Shown: positions 1-11,741 of the stretch, one piece after another
Layout of the letters: the number at the start of each line of letters is the position of its first letter
Numbering within the stretch: the stretch's first letter is position 1
Source: an uncultured Pseudomonadota bacterium
Lineage (GTDB): Bacteria > Pseudomonadota > Alphaproteobacteria > JACZXZ01
Assembly: GCA_963749075.1 (NCBI GenBank)
Contig: CAVVLJ010000020.1
Span: 672,001 to 736,000 of the forward strand
Direction: 5' to 3'
DNA: 64,000 nt
Translations under genes and position numbers: made by a program
The notes under the pieces: model-generated
The model's database searches: none
The model's input: the letters and a program-made list of their open reading frames with translations, nothing else
Told to the model about the DNA's origin: nothing

Positions 1-305
1 CGCGCGCCAAGAAGGTGACCATCCTCGCGGTCAACCCCGAGGAGGGCTCGCAAGGCCACGGCGAGGTGCCCGGCGCCGACATCGCCCTCCATCTCGCGCG
101 CCACGGTATTGCGGCCGAGGCGAGCCACATCCACGCCGACGACATCGACGTGGGCGACATGATCCTCTCCCGCGCCTCGGACGAGGGCGTCGACCTCATC
201 GTCATGGGCGCCTACGGCCACGCGCGGCTGCGCGAGATGGTGCTGGGCGGCGCCACGCGCGACCTCCTCGCCCACATGACGGTGCCGGTGCTGATGTCCC
301 ACTGA
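1..305 (+). CDS. Universal stress protein (UspA family), 5'-truncated by window edge
   Basis: C-terminal USP motif DLIVMGAYGHARLREMVLGGATRDLL...VPVLMSH; frame open back to the window start. Confidence 0.9.
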   Translation, partial: RAKKVTILAVNPEEGSQGHGEVPGADIALHLARHGIAAEASHIHADDIDVGDMILSRASDEGVDLIVMGAYGHARLREMVLGGATRDLLAHMTVPVLMSH

Positions 306-342
306 GGCAGCACCGCCGGCCGGCCGGCCGCGGCTCGCACCC

Positions 343-1260
343 GTGATCCTCGTCTTCGGCTCGCTCAACGTCGACCTCGTCTTCGCCGTAGCGGCACTGC
401 CGCGCCCGGGCGAGACCGTGCTGGCCCCCGGCATGGCCCTGCACCCCGGCGGCAAGGGCGCCAACCAGGCCGTGGCCGCGGCGCGCGCCGGCGCCAAGGT
501 GGCGATGGCGGGTGCCGTGGGCGACGATGCGCATGGCCGCCTCCTGCTCGCGGCACTGGCCGAGAACGGCGTCGATGCGCGGCTCGTGACGGTGGTTGCG
601 GCGCCGACCGGCTGCGCCGTGGTGGCGGTCGACGCCAACGGCGAGAACCTCATCCTCGTAGCCGGCGGCGCCAATGCACTTGCGCGCGCGGCGCAAGTGC
701 CCGACGCGGCGCTCGGGCCGCAGACGACGCTCCTCCTCGAGCGCGAGACCGAGCCCGGCGAGATCGCCGCCCTCGCCGCGCGCGCCCATGCGGCCGGGAA
801 CCGCGTCATCCTCAACCTCTCGCCCATGGGGCCGGTGCCCGAGGCGCTCTTCGCGAGCCTCGACTTTCTCGTGGTCAACCAGCACGAGGCCGCGGCACTC
901 CTCGGCGCCGAGGTGGGGGATGACGGGGGTGCTACGGCACTCGCCCAGCGCCACGGCATCGCCGTGGTGGTGACGCTGGGCGCCGCAGGTGCCGTGGCAG
1001 CGCGCCCCGACGGCTCGGGCCTCCGCGTCCCCGCGCTTGCGGTCGAGCCGGTCGATACCACCGGCGCCGGCGACGCCTTCGTCGGCGCCCTAGCCGCGAG
1101 CCTCGACCGCGGCGAGGGTTTGGCGGATGCGCTTCGCCGCGCCAGCGTCGCGGGTGCACTCGCCTGCCTCAAGGTTGGGGCGCAGAGCGCCCTGCCGACG
1201 GCGAAGGAGATCGAAGTGGGGCTGGCGAGGCTGGGGGCGGTAGATGTGCTTGAGAAATAG
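343..1260 (+). CDS. rbsK: Ribokinase (PfkB family)
   Basis: GSLNVDL, GGKGANQAVAAAR and DTTGAGDAFVG PfkB signatures. Confidence 0.9.
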   Translation: MILVFGSLNVDLVFAVAALPRPGETVLAPGMALHPGGKGANQAVAAARAGAKVAMAGAVGDDAHGRLLLAALAENGVDARLVTVVAAPTGCAVVAVDANGENLILVAGGANALARAAQVPDAALGPQTTLLLERETEPGEIAALAARAHAAGNRVILNLSPMGPVPEALFASLDFLVVNQHEAAALLGAEVGDDGGATALAQRHGIAVVVTLGAAGAVAARPDGSGLRVPALAVEPVDTTGAGDAFVGALAASLDRGEGLADALRRASVAGALACLKVGAQSALPTAKEIEVGLARLGAVDVLEK

Positions 1261-1323
1261 GCATTCCTGAGCGCGCTTCTCAAGCCGTCCCTCAGCCCGA
1301 TCACAGCGTCACGGAAGGCGCAA

Positions 1324-1818
1324 TCAGCGCGCCTCGGCTGGGGCGAAGAGGCGCCGATCCCACCACACGGGACGATGGAGCGAAGGCTGCAGCGTGGCGA
1401 ACTGCTCGTGCTGCGGATTGAAGAGGAAGTTGCGCTCGGGCCGCGCCACCACGCTCGGCACGATGAGAAGAAGGGAGCGCCGGCTCTGCTGCCAAGCCTC
1501 GCCGGATGCCTTGCTCGCCGCGGCTGTTGCCTCGGCCCAGTCGGGCAGTGCCGCCTCGTCGAGCACCTCGTAGGTGGTGCCGTTGGGCACGGTGATCTCG
1601 ATGAAGTGCTGGTTCGGCGGAAGGATGCCGTTCGCATGCACGAGCTTCTCGATGAGTGCGGTGGAGTAGTGCTCGCTCGTGTAGAGGACGGGGCTTAAAG
1701 CTGTGTTCCAGCGGCCGGGATAGCTCGTCGAGCCCGTTGCGTCGAAGATGGCATGGGCGCCCTCGGGGTCGCCGATGCGGTAGGATTTGAGAACCCGGTC
1801 GAGCCTTTGCGCGCTCAC
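1324..1818 (-). CDS. RES-domain toxin (NAD+ phosphorylase/mART-like)
   Basis: YRI..GRWN..LYTSE..TALIE..VPSVV..ERNFLFNP RES pattern; 4-bp overlap with upstream antitoxin. Confidence 0.88.
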   Translation of the reverse strand: MSAQRLDRVLKSYRIGDPEGAHAIFDATGSTSYPGRWNTALSPVLYTSEHYSTALIEKLVHANGILPPNQHFIEITVPNGTTYEVLDEAALPDWAEATAAASKASGEAWQQSRRSLLLIVPSVVARPERNFLFNPQHEQFATLQPSLHRPVWWDRRLFAPAEAR

Positions 1819-2234
1819 ACGGCGACGCCGGACTGGATGCGGCCGAGAATGTCCTCGACGAGCCGGGCGCCGAGCTCGTACGCGATGGCAAGCTCGATGG
1901 GGCGCTTGCCGCCGAGGAGCTGGTGGGGACGGTTGAGGAAGTCGCGCGCGTCCTCCTCGCTCTGCCAGATTCGCACGGCGAGCGCCCAGATGCCCGCGAG
2001 CCGCGCCACGAGCGCGCTCTCCGCGGGCGAGAGCCTGTTGCCCTCCCGCCGCCGCGCCAGGCTCGCCTTGGGTACGACGCGGTATTTGAAGCCGTTGTCG
2101 CTCGGCGCGAGCAGGCCGGAAAGCCGCGTGAGGCTCTTGAGCGGCAGGCCGTGCTCGATCGTGACGACGAGATCGAGCGGCGTCTTGGGGCGCCGGACGC
2201 CGAGGACCTCGGCCACGTCCTGAATTTCGCTCAT
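1815..2234 (-). CDS. Xre/MbcA/ParS-type antitoxin
   Basis: N-terminal HTH-like region, RLSPAES and C-terminal ARDFLNRPHQLLGGKRPIELA...GARLVEDILGRI; directly upstream of RES toxin. Confidence 0.87.
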   Translation of the reverse strand: MSEIQDVAEVLGVRRPKTPLDLVVTIEHGLPLKSLTRLSGLLAPSDNGFKYRVVPKASLARRREGNRLSPAESALVARLAGIWALAVRIWQSEEDARDFLNRPHQLLGGKRPIELAIAYELGARLVEDILGRIQSGVAV

Positions 2235-2243
2235 GGGCGGCTC

Positions 2244-2283
2244 CTGTCTCAGATGAGACGTAATATGGTCTTATGTGAGACAG
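2244..2283. promoter_or_regulatory. Putative Xre antitoxin operator (nested inverted repeats)
   Basis: GTCTCA-GA-TGAGAC (2246-2259) and CTGTCTCAGAT/ATGTGAGACAG arms (2244-2254, 2273-2283, one mismatch) just upstream of the antitoxin start. Confidence 0.55.
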
Positions 2284-2405
2284 ATGGCAAGAGCGGGCGC
2301 GCGGGCAGTATGAGGGAGGGGACAGGGGAAGCGAGGGGGCGCTCGACGGGTGGGCGCCACGCGGCTAGAGTCGCCGTTTCTCGAGTATCTTGCGCGGGGT
2401 TCCCC

Positions 2406-3593
2406 ATGGCCGTCCTCAACCGCATCGCCGAGTTCCACGCGGACATGACCGCTTGGCGCCATCACATCCACGCCCATCCGGAGACCGCCTTCGAGGAGCA
2501 TGCGACGGCGGAGTTCGTCGCCAAGAAGCTCGCCTCGTTCGGCATCGAGGTGCACCGCGGCCTCGCCGGCACCGGCGTCGTCGGCACCATCCGCGGCGGC
2601 AAGGGAGGGGGCGGCGCGATCGCCCTCAGGGCCGATCTCGACGCGCTCCACGTCGAGGAGAAGAACGGCTTCGCGCACCGCTCGCAGAACCCGGGGCGCA
2701 TGCATGCCTGCGGCCACGACGGCCACACCACCATGCTGCTGGGTGCTGCGCGCTATCTCGCCGAGACCCGCGCCTTCGCCGGCACCGTGCACGTCGTCTT
2801 CCAGCCCGCCGAGGAGAACGAGGGCGGCGGCCGCGTCATGGTCGAGCAAGGGCTCTTCGAGAAGTTCCCCGTCGACGCCGTCTTCGGCATGCACAATTGG
2901 CCGGGCCAGCCGGTCGGCACCATCGCGGTGCGCACCGGCCCCATGATGGCGGCCTATGACGTCTTCGAGCTCAGGGTCCTGGGCCGCGGCTCCCATGGCG
3001 CCATGCCGCACGACGGCGTCGATCCGGTGGTGGTGGCGGCGGAGATCGTCTCGGCCCTCCAGACGATCGCCAGCCGCAACACCAATCCGCTCGATTCCGT
3101 CGTCGTCTCGGTGACACAAATCCACGGCGGCGACACCTGGAACGTGATCCCCGACGAGGTCGTTTTGCGCGGCACCTGCCGCAGCTTCCGCCGCGAGGTG
3201 CAGGAGCGCATCGAGCCGGCGATCCGCCGCATCGCCGACGGCGTCGCAGCGGCCTTCGGCGCCACGGCGAGCTTGCGCTACGAGCGGCGCTACCCGCCCA
3301 CCGTCAACAGCGCCGCCGAGACCGCGCGCGCGGGCGAGGCCGCCGCCAAGGTGGTGGGTGCCGAGAACGTCATCCGCGATCCGGTGCCGAGCATGGGCTC
3401 GGAGGATTTCGCCTTCATGCTCGAGGCGAAGCCGGGCTCCTACGTGTGGATCGGCAACGGGCCGCAGGCGGGCGGCTGCGGTCTCCATAACCCGCACTAC
3501 GACTTCAACGACGAGGTGCTGCCGATCGGCGCCAGCTATTGGGTGCAGCTCGTCGACACCATGCTGGGGGACGGTGCTGCAAAGCGGGCGTGA
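2406..3593 (+). CDS. M20D amidohydrolase (hippurate hydrolase-like)
   Basis: WRHHIHAHPE, ALRADLDAL, MHACGHDGHT, FQPAEE, SEDFA, LHNP motifs; start re-set to ATG 2406. Confidence 0.92.
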   Translation: MAVLNRIAEFHADMTAWRHHIHAHPETAFEEHATAEFVAKKLASFGIEVHRGLAGTGVVGTIRGGKGGGGAIALRADLDALHVEEKNGFAHRSQNPGRMHACGHDGHTTMLLGAARYLAETRAFAGTVHVVFQPAEENEGGGRVMVEQGLFEKFPVDAVFGMHNWPGQPVGTIAVRTGPMMAAYDVFELRVLGRGSHGAMPHDGVDPVVVAAEIVSALQTIASRNTNPLDSVVVSVTQIHGGDTWNVIPDEVVLRGTCRSFRREVQERIEPAIRRIADGVAAAFGATASLRYERRYPPTVNSAAETARAGEAAAKVVGAENVIRDPVPSMGSEDFAFMLEAKPGSYVWIGNGPQAGGCGLHNPHYDFNDEVLPIGASYWVQLVDTMLGDGAAKRA

Positions 3594-3596
3594 GCG

Positions 3597-4520
3597 TCAC
3601 CTGCCGAGTGCCCTCGGATCGAGGGCTGCCTGCAGCCCGTCGCCGATGAGGTTGAAGGCGATCACCGCGAGGAAGATGAGCGCACCCGGATAGACGGCGA
3701 GTGCGGGCGAGGAGCCGAGAAGCTCGAGGCCGCCCGAGAGCATGTTGCCCCAGCTCGCCGCCGGCGGCTGGATGCCGAGGCCGAGGAAGCTCAAGACGCT
3801 CTCGAAGAGGATGATGCCGCCGATCGAGAGCGTGGTCGCCACGATGATGGGCGACACCGCGTTGGGGAGGATGTGCACCGCCATGATGCGCAAGGGCCCG
3901 GCACCCTCGGCGCGGGCCGCCAGCACGAACTCGCGCTCGCGCAAGGTTAGCGTCGCGTTCCTCACCAGGCGCGCGGTGCGCGTCCAGCCGACGAGGGCGG
4001 TGATGGCGATGATGCGGTAGAGGCTGATGCTGTCGGATTGCGCGATGGCGGCCGGCAGCCCGAGCTTCGCCGGATCGACGGCGGCGAGCACGATGAGGAG
4101 CGGCAGGAGCGGGAGAGCGATCACCCCGTCGGTCACGCGCATGAGGAAGGCGTTGGCCCAGCCGCCGCGATAGCCCGCCGCGAGCCCGACCGCCGTGCCG
4201 AGCACCGCCGAGGCGAGTGCCGCCACGAGGCCCACGAGGAGCGAGACGCGGCCGCCGTAGAGCAGGCGCAGGAGCTCGTCGCGTCCGAGCTCGTCGGTGC
4301 CGAGCGGATGGCCGAGGCTCGGCGGTGCGAGGCGGGCGAGGAGATCGACCGCGTCGGCGTCGTGGCCGAGAAGCGTTGACACGAGGGGGGCCGCCAGGAC
4401 GAGGAGCGCCAGCCCTGCCAGCAGAACGAGGCTCGCGAGGGCCAGGCGGTCGGCTGCCAGGCGCTCCGCCATGAGCCGCCAAGGCCCGTATCCGCGCCGC
4501 CCGCGTCCGCGCCCGCTCAT
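3597..4520 (-). CDS. Peptide ABC transporter permease (OppC/DppC)
   Basis: HPLGTDELGRD..RLLYGGRVSL and EAA-loop-like EFVLAARAEGA; start MSGRG at 4520 overlapping the oppB stop. Confidence 0.92.
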   Translation of the reverse strand: MSGRGRGRRGYGPWRLMAERLAADRLALASLVLLAGLALLVLAAPLVSTLLGHDADAVDLLARLAPPSLGHPLGTDELGRDELLRLLYGGRVSLLVGLVAALASAVLGTAVGLAAGYRGGWANAFLMRVTDGVIALPLLPLLIVLAAVDPAKLGLPAAIAQSDSISLYRIIAITALVGWTRTARLVRNATLTLREREFVLAARAEGAGPLRIMAVHILPNAVSPIIVATTLSIGGIILFESVLSFLGLGIQPPAASWGNMLSGGLELLGSSPALAVYPGALIFLAVIAFNLIGDGLQAALDPRALGR

Positions 4521-5470
4521 GCGAGGCTGATCCGGGGATCGAGCCAGCCGACCGCGAGGTCGGCCAAGAGGTTGGCTACGATCGTCGTGAAGGTGGCCAA
4601 GAGGAGCGCCACCATGGCGAGGTTGAAGTCGTTGCCCATGATCGAGTCGTAGATGAGCTTGCCCATGCCCGGGTAGGCGAACATGGTCTCGGTGATGAGG
4701 GCGCCGGAGAAGAGGGCGCCGAAATCGAGGCCGATCACCGTCACGACCGGGATGAGCGCGTTCCTGAGCGCGTGCTTCATGAGCACGAGGCGCTCCGGCA
4801 CGCCCTTGGCGCGCGCCGTGCGCACGTAGTCCTGGCTCAGCACCTCGAGCATCTCGGCGCGCAGATAGCGCGTGAAGCCGGCGACGCTGAGCAGCGTCAA
4901 GGCCAGGACGGGAAGCACGAGATGCACGGCGCGATCCGAGAAGGTGCCGAGGCCGACCGTCTCCATGCCGCCCGCGGGCAGCCAGCCTAGGCTCACCGAG
5001 AAGAGGCCGATGAGGAGGAGGGCGAGCCAGAAGGGCGGGATCGAGATGCCGGCGAAGCAGAAGAGGTTGATCGCGCCATCGAGGCGGCTCTGCGGCCGCG
5101 TCGCGGCAAGCACGCCCAAGGGAAGGGCTGCTGCGAGCGAGACGAGGAAGCTCAGCCCCATGAGCCAGGCGGTATTGCCGAGGCGCGGCAGCAGCACGGC
5201 GAGGACCGGCTTGGCGAAGGCGCGCGAATAGCCGAGATCGCCGTGCAGCGCCGCCGCGAGCCAATTGAGGTAGCGCTCGTAGAGCGGCAGGTCGAGGCCG
5301 TAGAGCGACTTGAGCCGCACCACGTCCGCCGCCGTCAGCTTGGGGTCGGCGCTCAGCATGAGATCGATGGGGTCGCCCGGCATGAGCCCGATGAGGCCGT
5401 AGATCACCACCGACATGACGAGGAGCACGAGGAGCGCCTGGAAGAGCCGGTTGGCGATATAGCGGGTCAC
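4517..5470 (-). CDS. Peptide ABC transporter permease (OppB/DppB)
   Basis: PGDP, GDLGYS, DYVRTARAKG, HALRNALIPV, DPRI. Confidence 0.93.
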   Translation of the reverse strand: MTRYIANRLFQALLVLLVMSVVIYGLIGLMPGDPIDLMLSADPKLTAADVVRLKSLYGLDLPLYERYLNWLAAALHGDLGYSRAFAKPVLAVLLPRLGNTAWLMGLSFLVSLAAALPLGVLAATRPQSRLDGAINLFCFAGISIPPFWLALLLIGLFSVSLGWLPAGGMETVGLGTFSDRAVHLVLPVLALTLLSVAGFTRYLRAEMLEVLSQDYVRTARAKGVPERLVLMKHALRNALIPVVTVIGLDFGALFSGALITETMFAYPGMGKLIYDSIMGNDFNLAMVALLLATFTTIVANLLADLAVGWLDPRISLA

Positions 5471-5481
5471 GGCACTCTCGC

Positions 5482-7414
<1,933 letters not shown>

Positions 7415-7433
<19 letters not shown>

Positions 7434-9082
7434 GTCTCGACCTCGAGGCTGCTCGGGTCCTCATGGCCGGTCGGCACCACGCCCTCGAGCCACTTGGGGA
7501 TGATGAAGGGGTCGGCGCGGTAGAAGAGCGGCAGGACAGGCAGGTCCGCGACATAGAGCTCCTGGATGCGGTGCCAGAGCGCCTTGCGCTTGCCGCGGTC
7601 GAGCTCGACCTCGATCTCGTCGATCAGCTTGTCCATCTCGGCGCTCTTGTAGCCCGCGTCGTTCTGCCCGCTCCAGCCGTTCGAAGCACTCGGAATCTCG
7701 CTCGAATAGAGCGTCGAGCGCGGCACGTTCTCAGGCGCGCTCACCCAGGCATACATCGCCATGGCGGGGAACTTGCGCTCCCTCACCGTCTCGCCGAAGA
7801 AGACGCGCGCCGGCTCGTTGCGGATGCGCACGTCGACACCGAGCGCCTTCCACTGGCTCTGCAGCACCTGCTCGACGAGCTCGCGCGCGCGGTTTCCCGC
7901 CGTCGACATGAGCTCGAGGGAGAGCGCCTCGCCCTTCGCGTTGCGCCGGAGCCCGGCAGCACCCAGCTTCCAGCCCGCCTCGTCGAGGAGGGCGGCCGCC
8001 TTCGCCGGCTCGTGGCCGTAGCCTGTAAGGTCCTTGGCATAGGGCCAGTCGAGCGGGCTCATGAAGCTTACGGCGGGCGGCTGGCGCCCGCCGAAGAGGC
8101 GCTCGTTGATGGCGTTGCGGTCGAGCGCGTAGGCGAGCGCCCGGCGTACTCGGAGATCGCGGAGGATGGGGTTGTCGAGGTTGAAGTCGATGTGCTCGTA
8201 GGTGAGGCCGGGCTTGTAGACGTAGCGGTAGGCTTGGGGATGCTGCGCCTGGAAGGCGAGCGCCTGGTCAAGCGTGAGGCCGAGCTCGCCCGCGATGTAG
8301 TCGACGCCGCCCGAGAGCAGATTGGCCTCGAGTGCCGCGGTATTCTCGATCACCTTGACGACGATGCGCTTGAAGAAGGGCTTGGCGCCGTACCAGGTCG
8401 GATTGGGCTCGAGCACCACGAAGGCGCCGGGGGAGACCTGCGTGATCCTGTAGGGCCCGAAATAGAGGCCGGGATTCGCCGTGTCGGTATCGAAACGCGT
8501 CCGCGTGCGGTACTGCGCCGGATCGGCGAAGGCGGCCTCCTCGAGGTGCGCCGGCAGCAGGCGGAAGTCGTCGATGGCGTTGTAGTCGAAGGTGACGCGG
8601 TCGACGTGCATCACGAAGGTCTTGTCGTCCAGAACGTCGATCTTGAGGATGCGGCGGTAGAGCTCGAGGTCGCCGACCCCGCTCTTTGGATTGCTGCCGA
8701 CCTGCCAGGTGAAGACCGCGTCCTTGGCGGTGACCGGCACGCCATCGCCCCAGGCGGCACCCGGCTGGATCTTGTAGCTGAGCGCCACCCCGTCCTTGCC
8801 GTCGGGCGTCTTCTCGTGCCTCGCGAGACCGTTCTCGAAGGTGGGGAGCTCGGTGCACAGCATGCAGATGAGTTGCCAGTTCGCGTCATAGGCGGTAAAC
8901 GGCCGCTCCGCCATGGCCAGGATGTAGCTCTTGGCCACCATGGCATCGATGTTGGGCTGGAAGGTCGAGGGGAACTGGGTAATGCCGATGGTGAGCTCGT
9001 CCTTGGCGTAGGCCGGCGGGCCGGCCGCGGCGGCGGCAAGCGTCAAGAGGGCGAGGAGCGGGCGGAGGAGACGAGCGGTCAT
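7415..9082 (-). CDS. Peptide ABC transporter substrate-binding protein (family 5)
   Basis: Signal peptide MTARLLRPLLALL..AYA; W.DG.PVTA.D..FT; VRRALAYALDR; LPVLPLFY. Confidence 0.92.
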
Positions 9083-9135
9083 CGCGGTCTTTTGTAATCC
9101 GTGGTCCGCCGGCTGTCTTGCGTCATCTCCGGCGC

Positions 9136-10719
9136 TCACACCGGCGAGAGCGCACAGAGGAGATAGGGGAGATAGCCGATGTTGGAGGGCACCAGGCGGC
9201 ACTCCCGGCTCTCGATCCTGAGATGGTAGGCGGCGAGGTGCTGCTTCGCGAATGCGGCCTCGTTGGGGTTGTAGAGCACATAGAGCGGGCCGCGGTGCGC
9301 GGCTACGATGCGGTGCATCTCGACGTTGAAGAGCACCTGCGGCTGGTAGGGGCCGGTGAAGCCGCTGTGGATGCGCAGGAAGCGCACGGCTGGCGGAAAG
9401 AAGGGGATGAGGTAGGAGAGCGGCTCGTGCCCGGTGATGAGCACGATCGTATGATCCGGATCGGCAAGTGCCGGCGGCGTTGCCGTCACCCAGCGCTCGC
9501 TCCACGGCACGCGGGTCCAGTCGGCCGGCCGCATCGCGGCGGTGACGAGGGCGAGCACCGCCACGGTCGCGAACGCCCGGACGCGCGGCGTAATAGGGAA
9601 GCGCTGAATCGCGAGTGCGATCGCGAGCGGCGCCAGCATCTCGTAGGCGACGAGGTAGCGGTAGATGCAGAGGATGATCGCCCAGGCGATATAGCCGATG
9701 GCAAAGGCGACGAGGAGATGGCGCGAGCGGGCGGCCCTCTCGGGCGCGGGCGCTGCGGCTCCGCGCCAGCTCCGAGCCAGGGAGGCGAGGGCGGCAAGCG
9801 GCAGCAGCACGAAGCAGGCGAGGATGCGCAGGTCGCGGAAATCCACTTCGGCGGTGAGCCGGGGGTGCACGAGATAGGCGAAGGGGAAGAAGATGCGCTG
9901 CCGGAGATCGGTGGGAATATAGAAGAACTCGCGGTAGTCCTTGTCGAGCGCCCAGGGCGACTTGAAGATCTGGTTGTCGAAGGGGAAGGCCGGATTGCCG
10001 TAGGCCTGCCACAGGTGGTGCATCCACAAGCCCGAGCTGAGTGCCATCCCCATGAGGACGCCGATGCCGAAGAGGAACGCGAGTGCGAAGCGGCGGAAGT
10101 AGCCCGTGGGTGCCGCGAGGAAGGCGAGGCAGAGACCGAGCGCCAGCGTCACGATCGGCTGCTTGAGCCCGACGGCGATGCCGCACGCGAGCCCGGCCGC
10201 GACGAGGCCCGGTGCTAGGCGGCGCCAGGCGCCGCCGAGAACCGTCTCGTAGCGCCGGAGGATGAGCCAGAGTGCCGTGAGCGGTCCCAGGCTCACCACA
10301 TTGTCGTAGAAGGTGGTGCCGAGCTCGGAGAGTGCTCCCACCCCCAGCAGGCCGAGCAGCGCCACGCCCGCGGCGGCGAGCCGGCGGCGCGACGGCGAGG
10401 CGATGGCGAGCGTGGCGTGGGCGATGCCGTAGAGCGGCAGGACGTTCAAGCCCTGCACGGTCGCGAGGAGGAAGCCCACGAGGCGCGCCGGCCAGACCTG
10501 CACCGCGAGGAAGAACGGCACGTCGATGAGGGGGTTGAAGAAAGTGGCCACCTGGGCCGCCAGCACGTCGTAGCCCTCGCGCCCGGTGAGCCAGGCATAG
10601 GCATTGTAATAGTGGTAGTTGCGCAGATCCCAGTTGGCGTCCATGCCGAGCGCCAGGGCCGCGAGGCCGCAGGCGGGCGGCGTCGCCAGGAGGAAGATCG
10701 CGACTGCCGTGCGGCTCAT
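9136..10719 (-). CDS. Polytopic membrane protein, probable GT-C-fold glycosyltransferase-like
   Basis: Many hydrophobic segments; DANWDLRNYHYYN, GLKQ, YGNPAFPF and YRY motifs resemble GT-C membrane proteins (inference). Confidence 0.55.
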   Translation of the reverse strand: MSRTAVAIFLLATPPACGLAALALGMDANWDLRNYHYYNAYAWLTGREGYDVLAAQVATFFNPLIDVPFFLAVQVWPARLVGFLLATVQGLNVLPLYGIAHATLAIASPSRRRLAAAGVALLGLLGVGALSELGTTFYDNVVSLGPLTALWLILRRYETVLGGAWRRLAPGLVAAGLACGIAVGLKQPIVTLALGLCLAFLAAPTGYFRRFALAFLFGIGVLMGMALSSGLWMHHLWQAYGNPAFPFDNQIFKSPWALDKDYREFFYIPTDLRQRIFFPFAYLVHPRLTAEVDFRDLRILACFVLLPLAALASLARSWRGAAAPAPERAARSRHLLVAFAIGYIAWAIILCIYRYLVAYEMLAPLAIALAIQRFPITPRVRAFATVAVLALVTAAMRPADWTRVPWSERWVTATPPALADPDHTIVLITGHEPLSYLIPFFPPAVRFLRIHSGFTGPYQPQVLFNVEMHRIVAAHRGPLYVLYNPNEAAFAKQHLAAYHLRIESRECRLVPSNIGYLPYLLCALSPV

Positions 10720-10731
10720 TGTTGCGGATCT

Positions 10732-10833
10732 ACCCCCCTCCCCAACCCTCCCCCTCAAGGGGGGAGGGGGCTTTGAGCGGAGCACGCCCCAATTCTCCCC
10801 TCCCCCCTTGAGGGCGAGGGCAGGGAGGGGGGT
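10732..10833. repeat. REP/CIR-like intergenic element: two inverted copies of a hairpin unit
   Basis: ACCCCCCTCCCCAACCCTCCCCCTCAAGGGGGGAGGGGG (10732-10770) and a near reverse-complement at 10795-10833; each unit has a CCCTCCCCC-TCAA-GGGGGGAGGG-type stem. Confidence 0.75.
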
Positions 10834-10880
10834 GCTGACTCCAAGGCCGTCCGGTTGCGTGCCTTGGCCTCGGCTCGGCC

Positions 10881-11576
10881 TCAGGACGCGCGCTCGGCAC
10901 CGGCGTGGGCCGCCTGCCAGCCGTCCGGGTCGTCGAGGAAGGCGCGCACCTTGGCGAGGCTCGCGGCATCGAAGGTGCCCTCCGCCTCGGCGACCGCCAG
11001 CACGTCCCACCAGGTGGCGAGCGCCAGGAGCTCGACCCCCTTCTCGGCGAGGCGCGCGATCGCCGCCGGGAAGATGCCGTAGTGGAAGATCACGAAATTG
11101 TGCGCGACCTTGGCCCCCGCCTTGCGCAGTGCCTCTATGAAGACGAGCTTGCTGCCGCCGTCGGTCGCCAGATCCTCGACGAGGAGGACGCGCGCACCCT
11201 CGGCCATGGCGCCCTCGATCTGGCTCATGCGGCCGAAGCCCTTGGGCTCCTTGCGCACGTAGAGCATGGGGAGGCCCATGCGCTCGGCGATCCAGGCGGC
11301 GAAGGGGATGCCGGCGGTCTCGCCGCCGGCCACGGCATCGAGCGACTCGCAGCCGATCTCGGCGAGGATCATGTCCACGGCGAGGTCCATGAGGCGGCCC
11401 CGCGCGCGCGGAAAGGCGATGAGCCGGCGGCAGTCGATATAGACCGGCGAGCGGCGCCCCGAGGTGAAGACGAAGGGCTTGTCCGGGCTGAGCTTGACGG
11501 CCTCGACCTCGACGAGGATGCGCGCGGTCGCGTAAGCCGGGCTATCGCGCGCGGGAAGCACAGTCGCAGCACTCAT
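10881..11576 (-). CDS. pyrE: Orotate phosphoribosyltransferase
   Basis: [47 protein letters not shown]. Confidence 0.92.
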   Translation of the reverse strand: MSAATVLPARDSPAYATARILVEVEAVKLSPDKPFVFTSGRRSPVYIDCRRLIAFPRARGRLMDLAVDMILAEIGCESLDAVAGGETAGIPFAAWIAERMGLPMLYVRKEPKGFGRMSQIEGAMAEGARVLLVEDLATDGGSKLVFIEALRKAGAKVAHNFVIFHYGIFPAAIARLAEKGVELLALATWWDVLAVAEAEGTFDAASLAKVRAFLDDPDGWQAAHAGAERAS

Positions 11577-11741
11577 GCCGGTCTCCGCAAGGGGGCAAGG
11601 CTCGGGAGGCTGAGGGTACGGCCGAAGGTGCGGCGAGGGAAGGGGCTAGGCGCGAGCCGCGTCGGGGCCGCCAATTGGGAGCTTGCCGCGCGGCAGCCGC
11701 TTGCTAAAGTCCCGGTGCAAAAATCCCGAGAGGTTGCCGCC

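Noticed and set aside
1923-2405. N-terminal extension on the amidohydrolase
   Set aside because: It overlaps the antitoxin on the opposite strand; family similarity begins at ATG 2406
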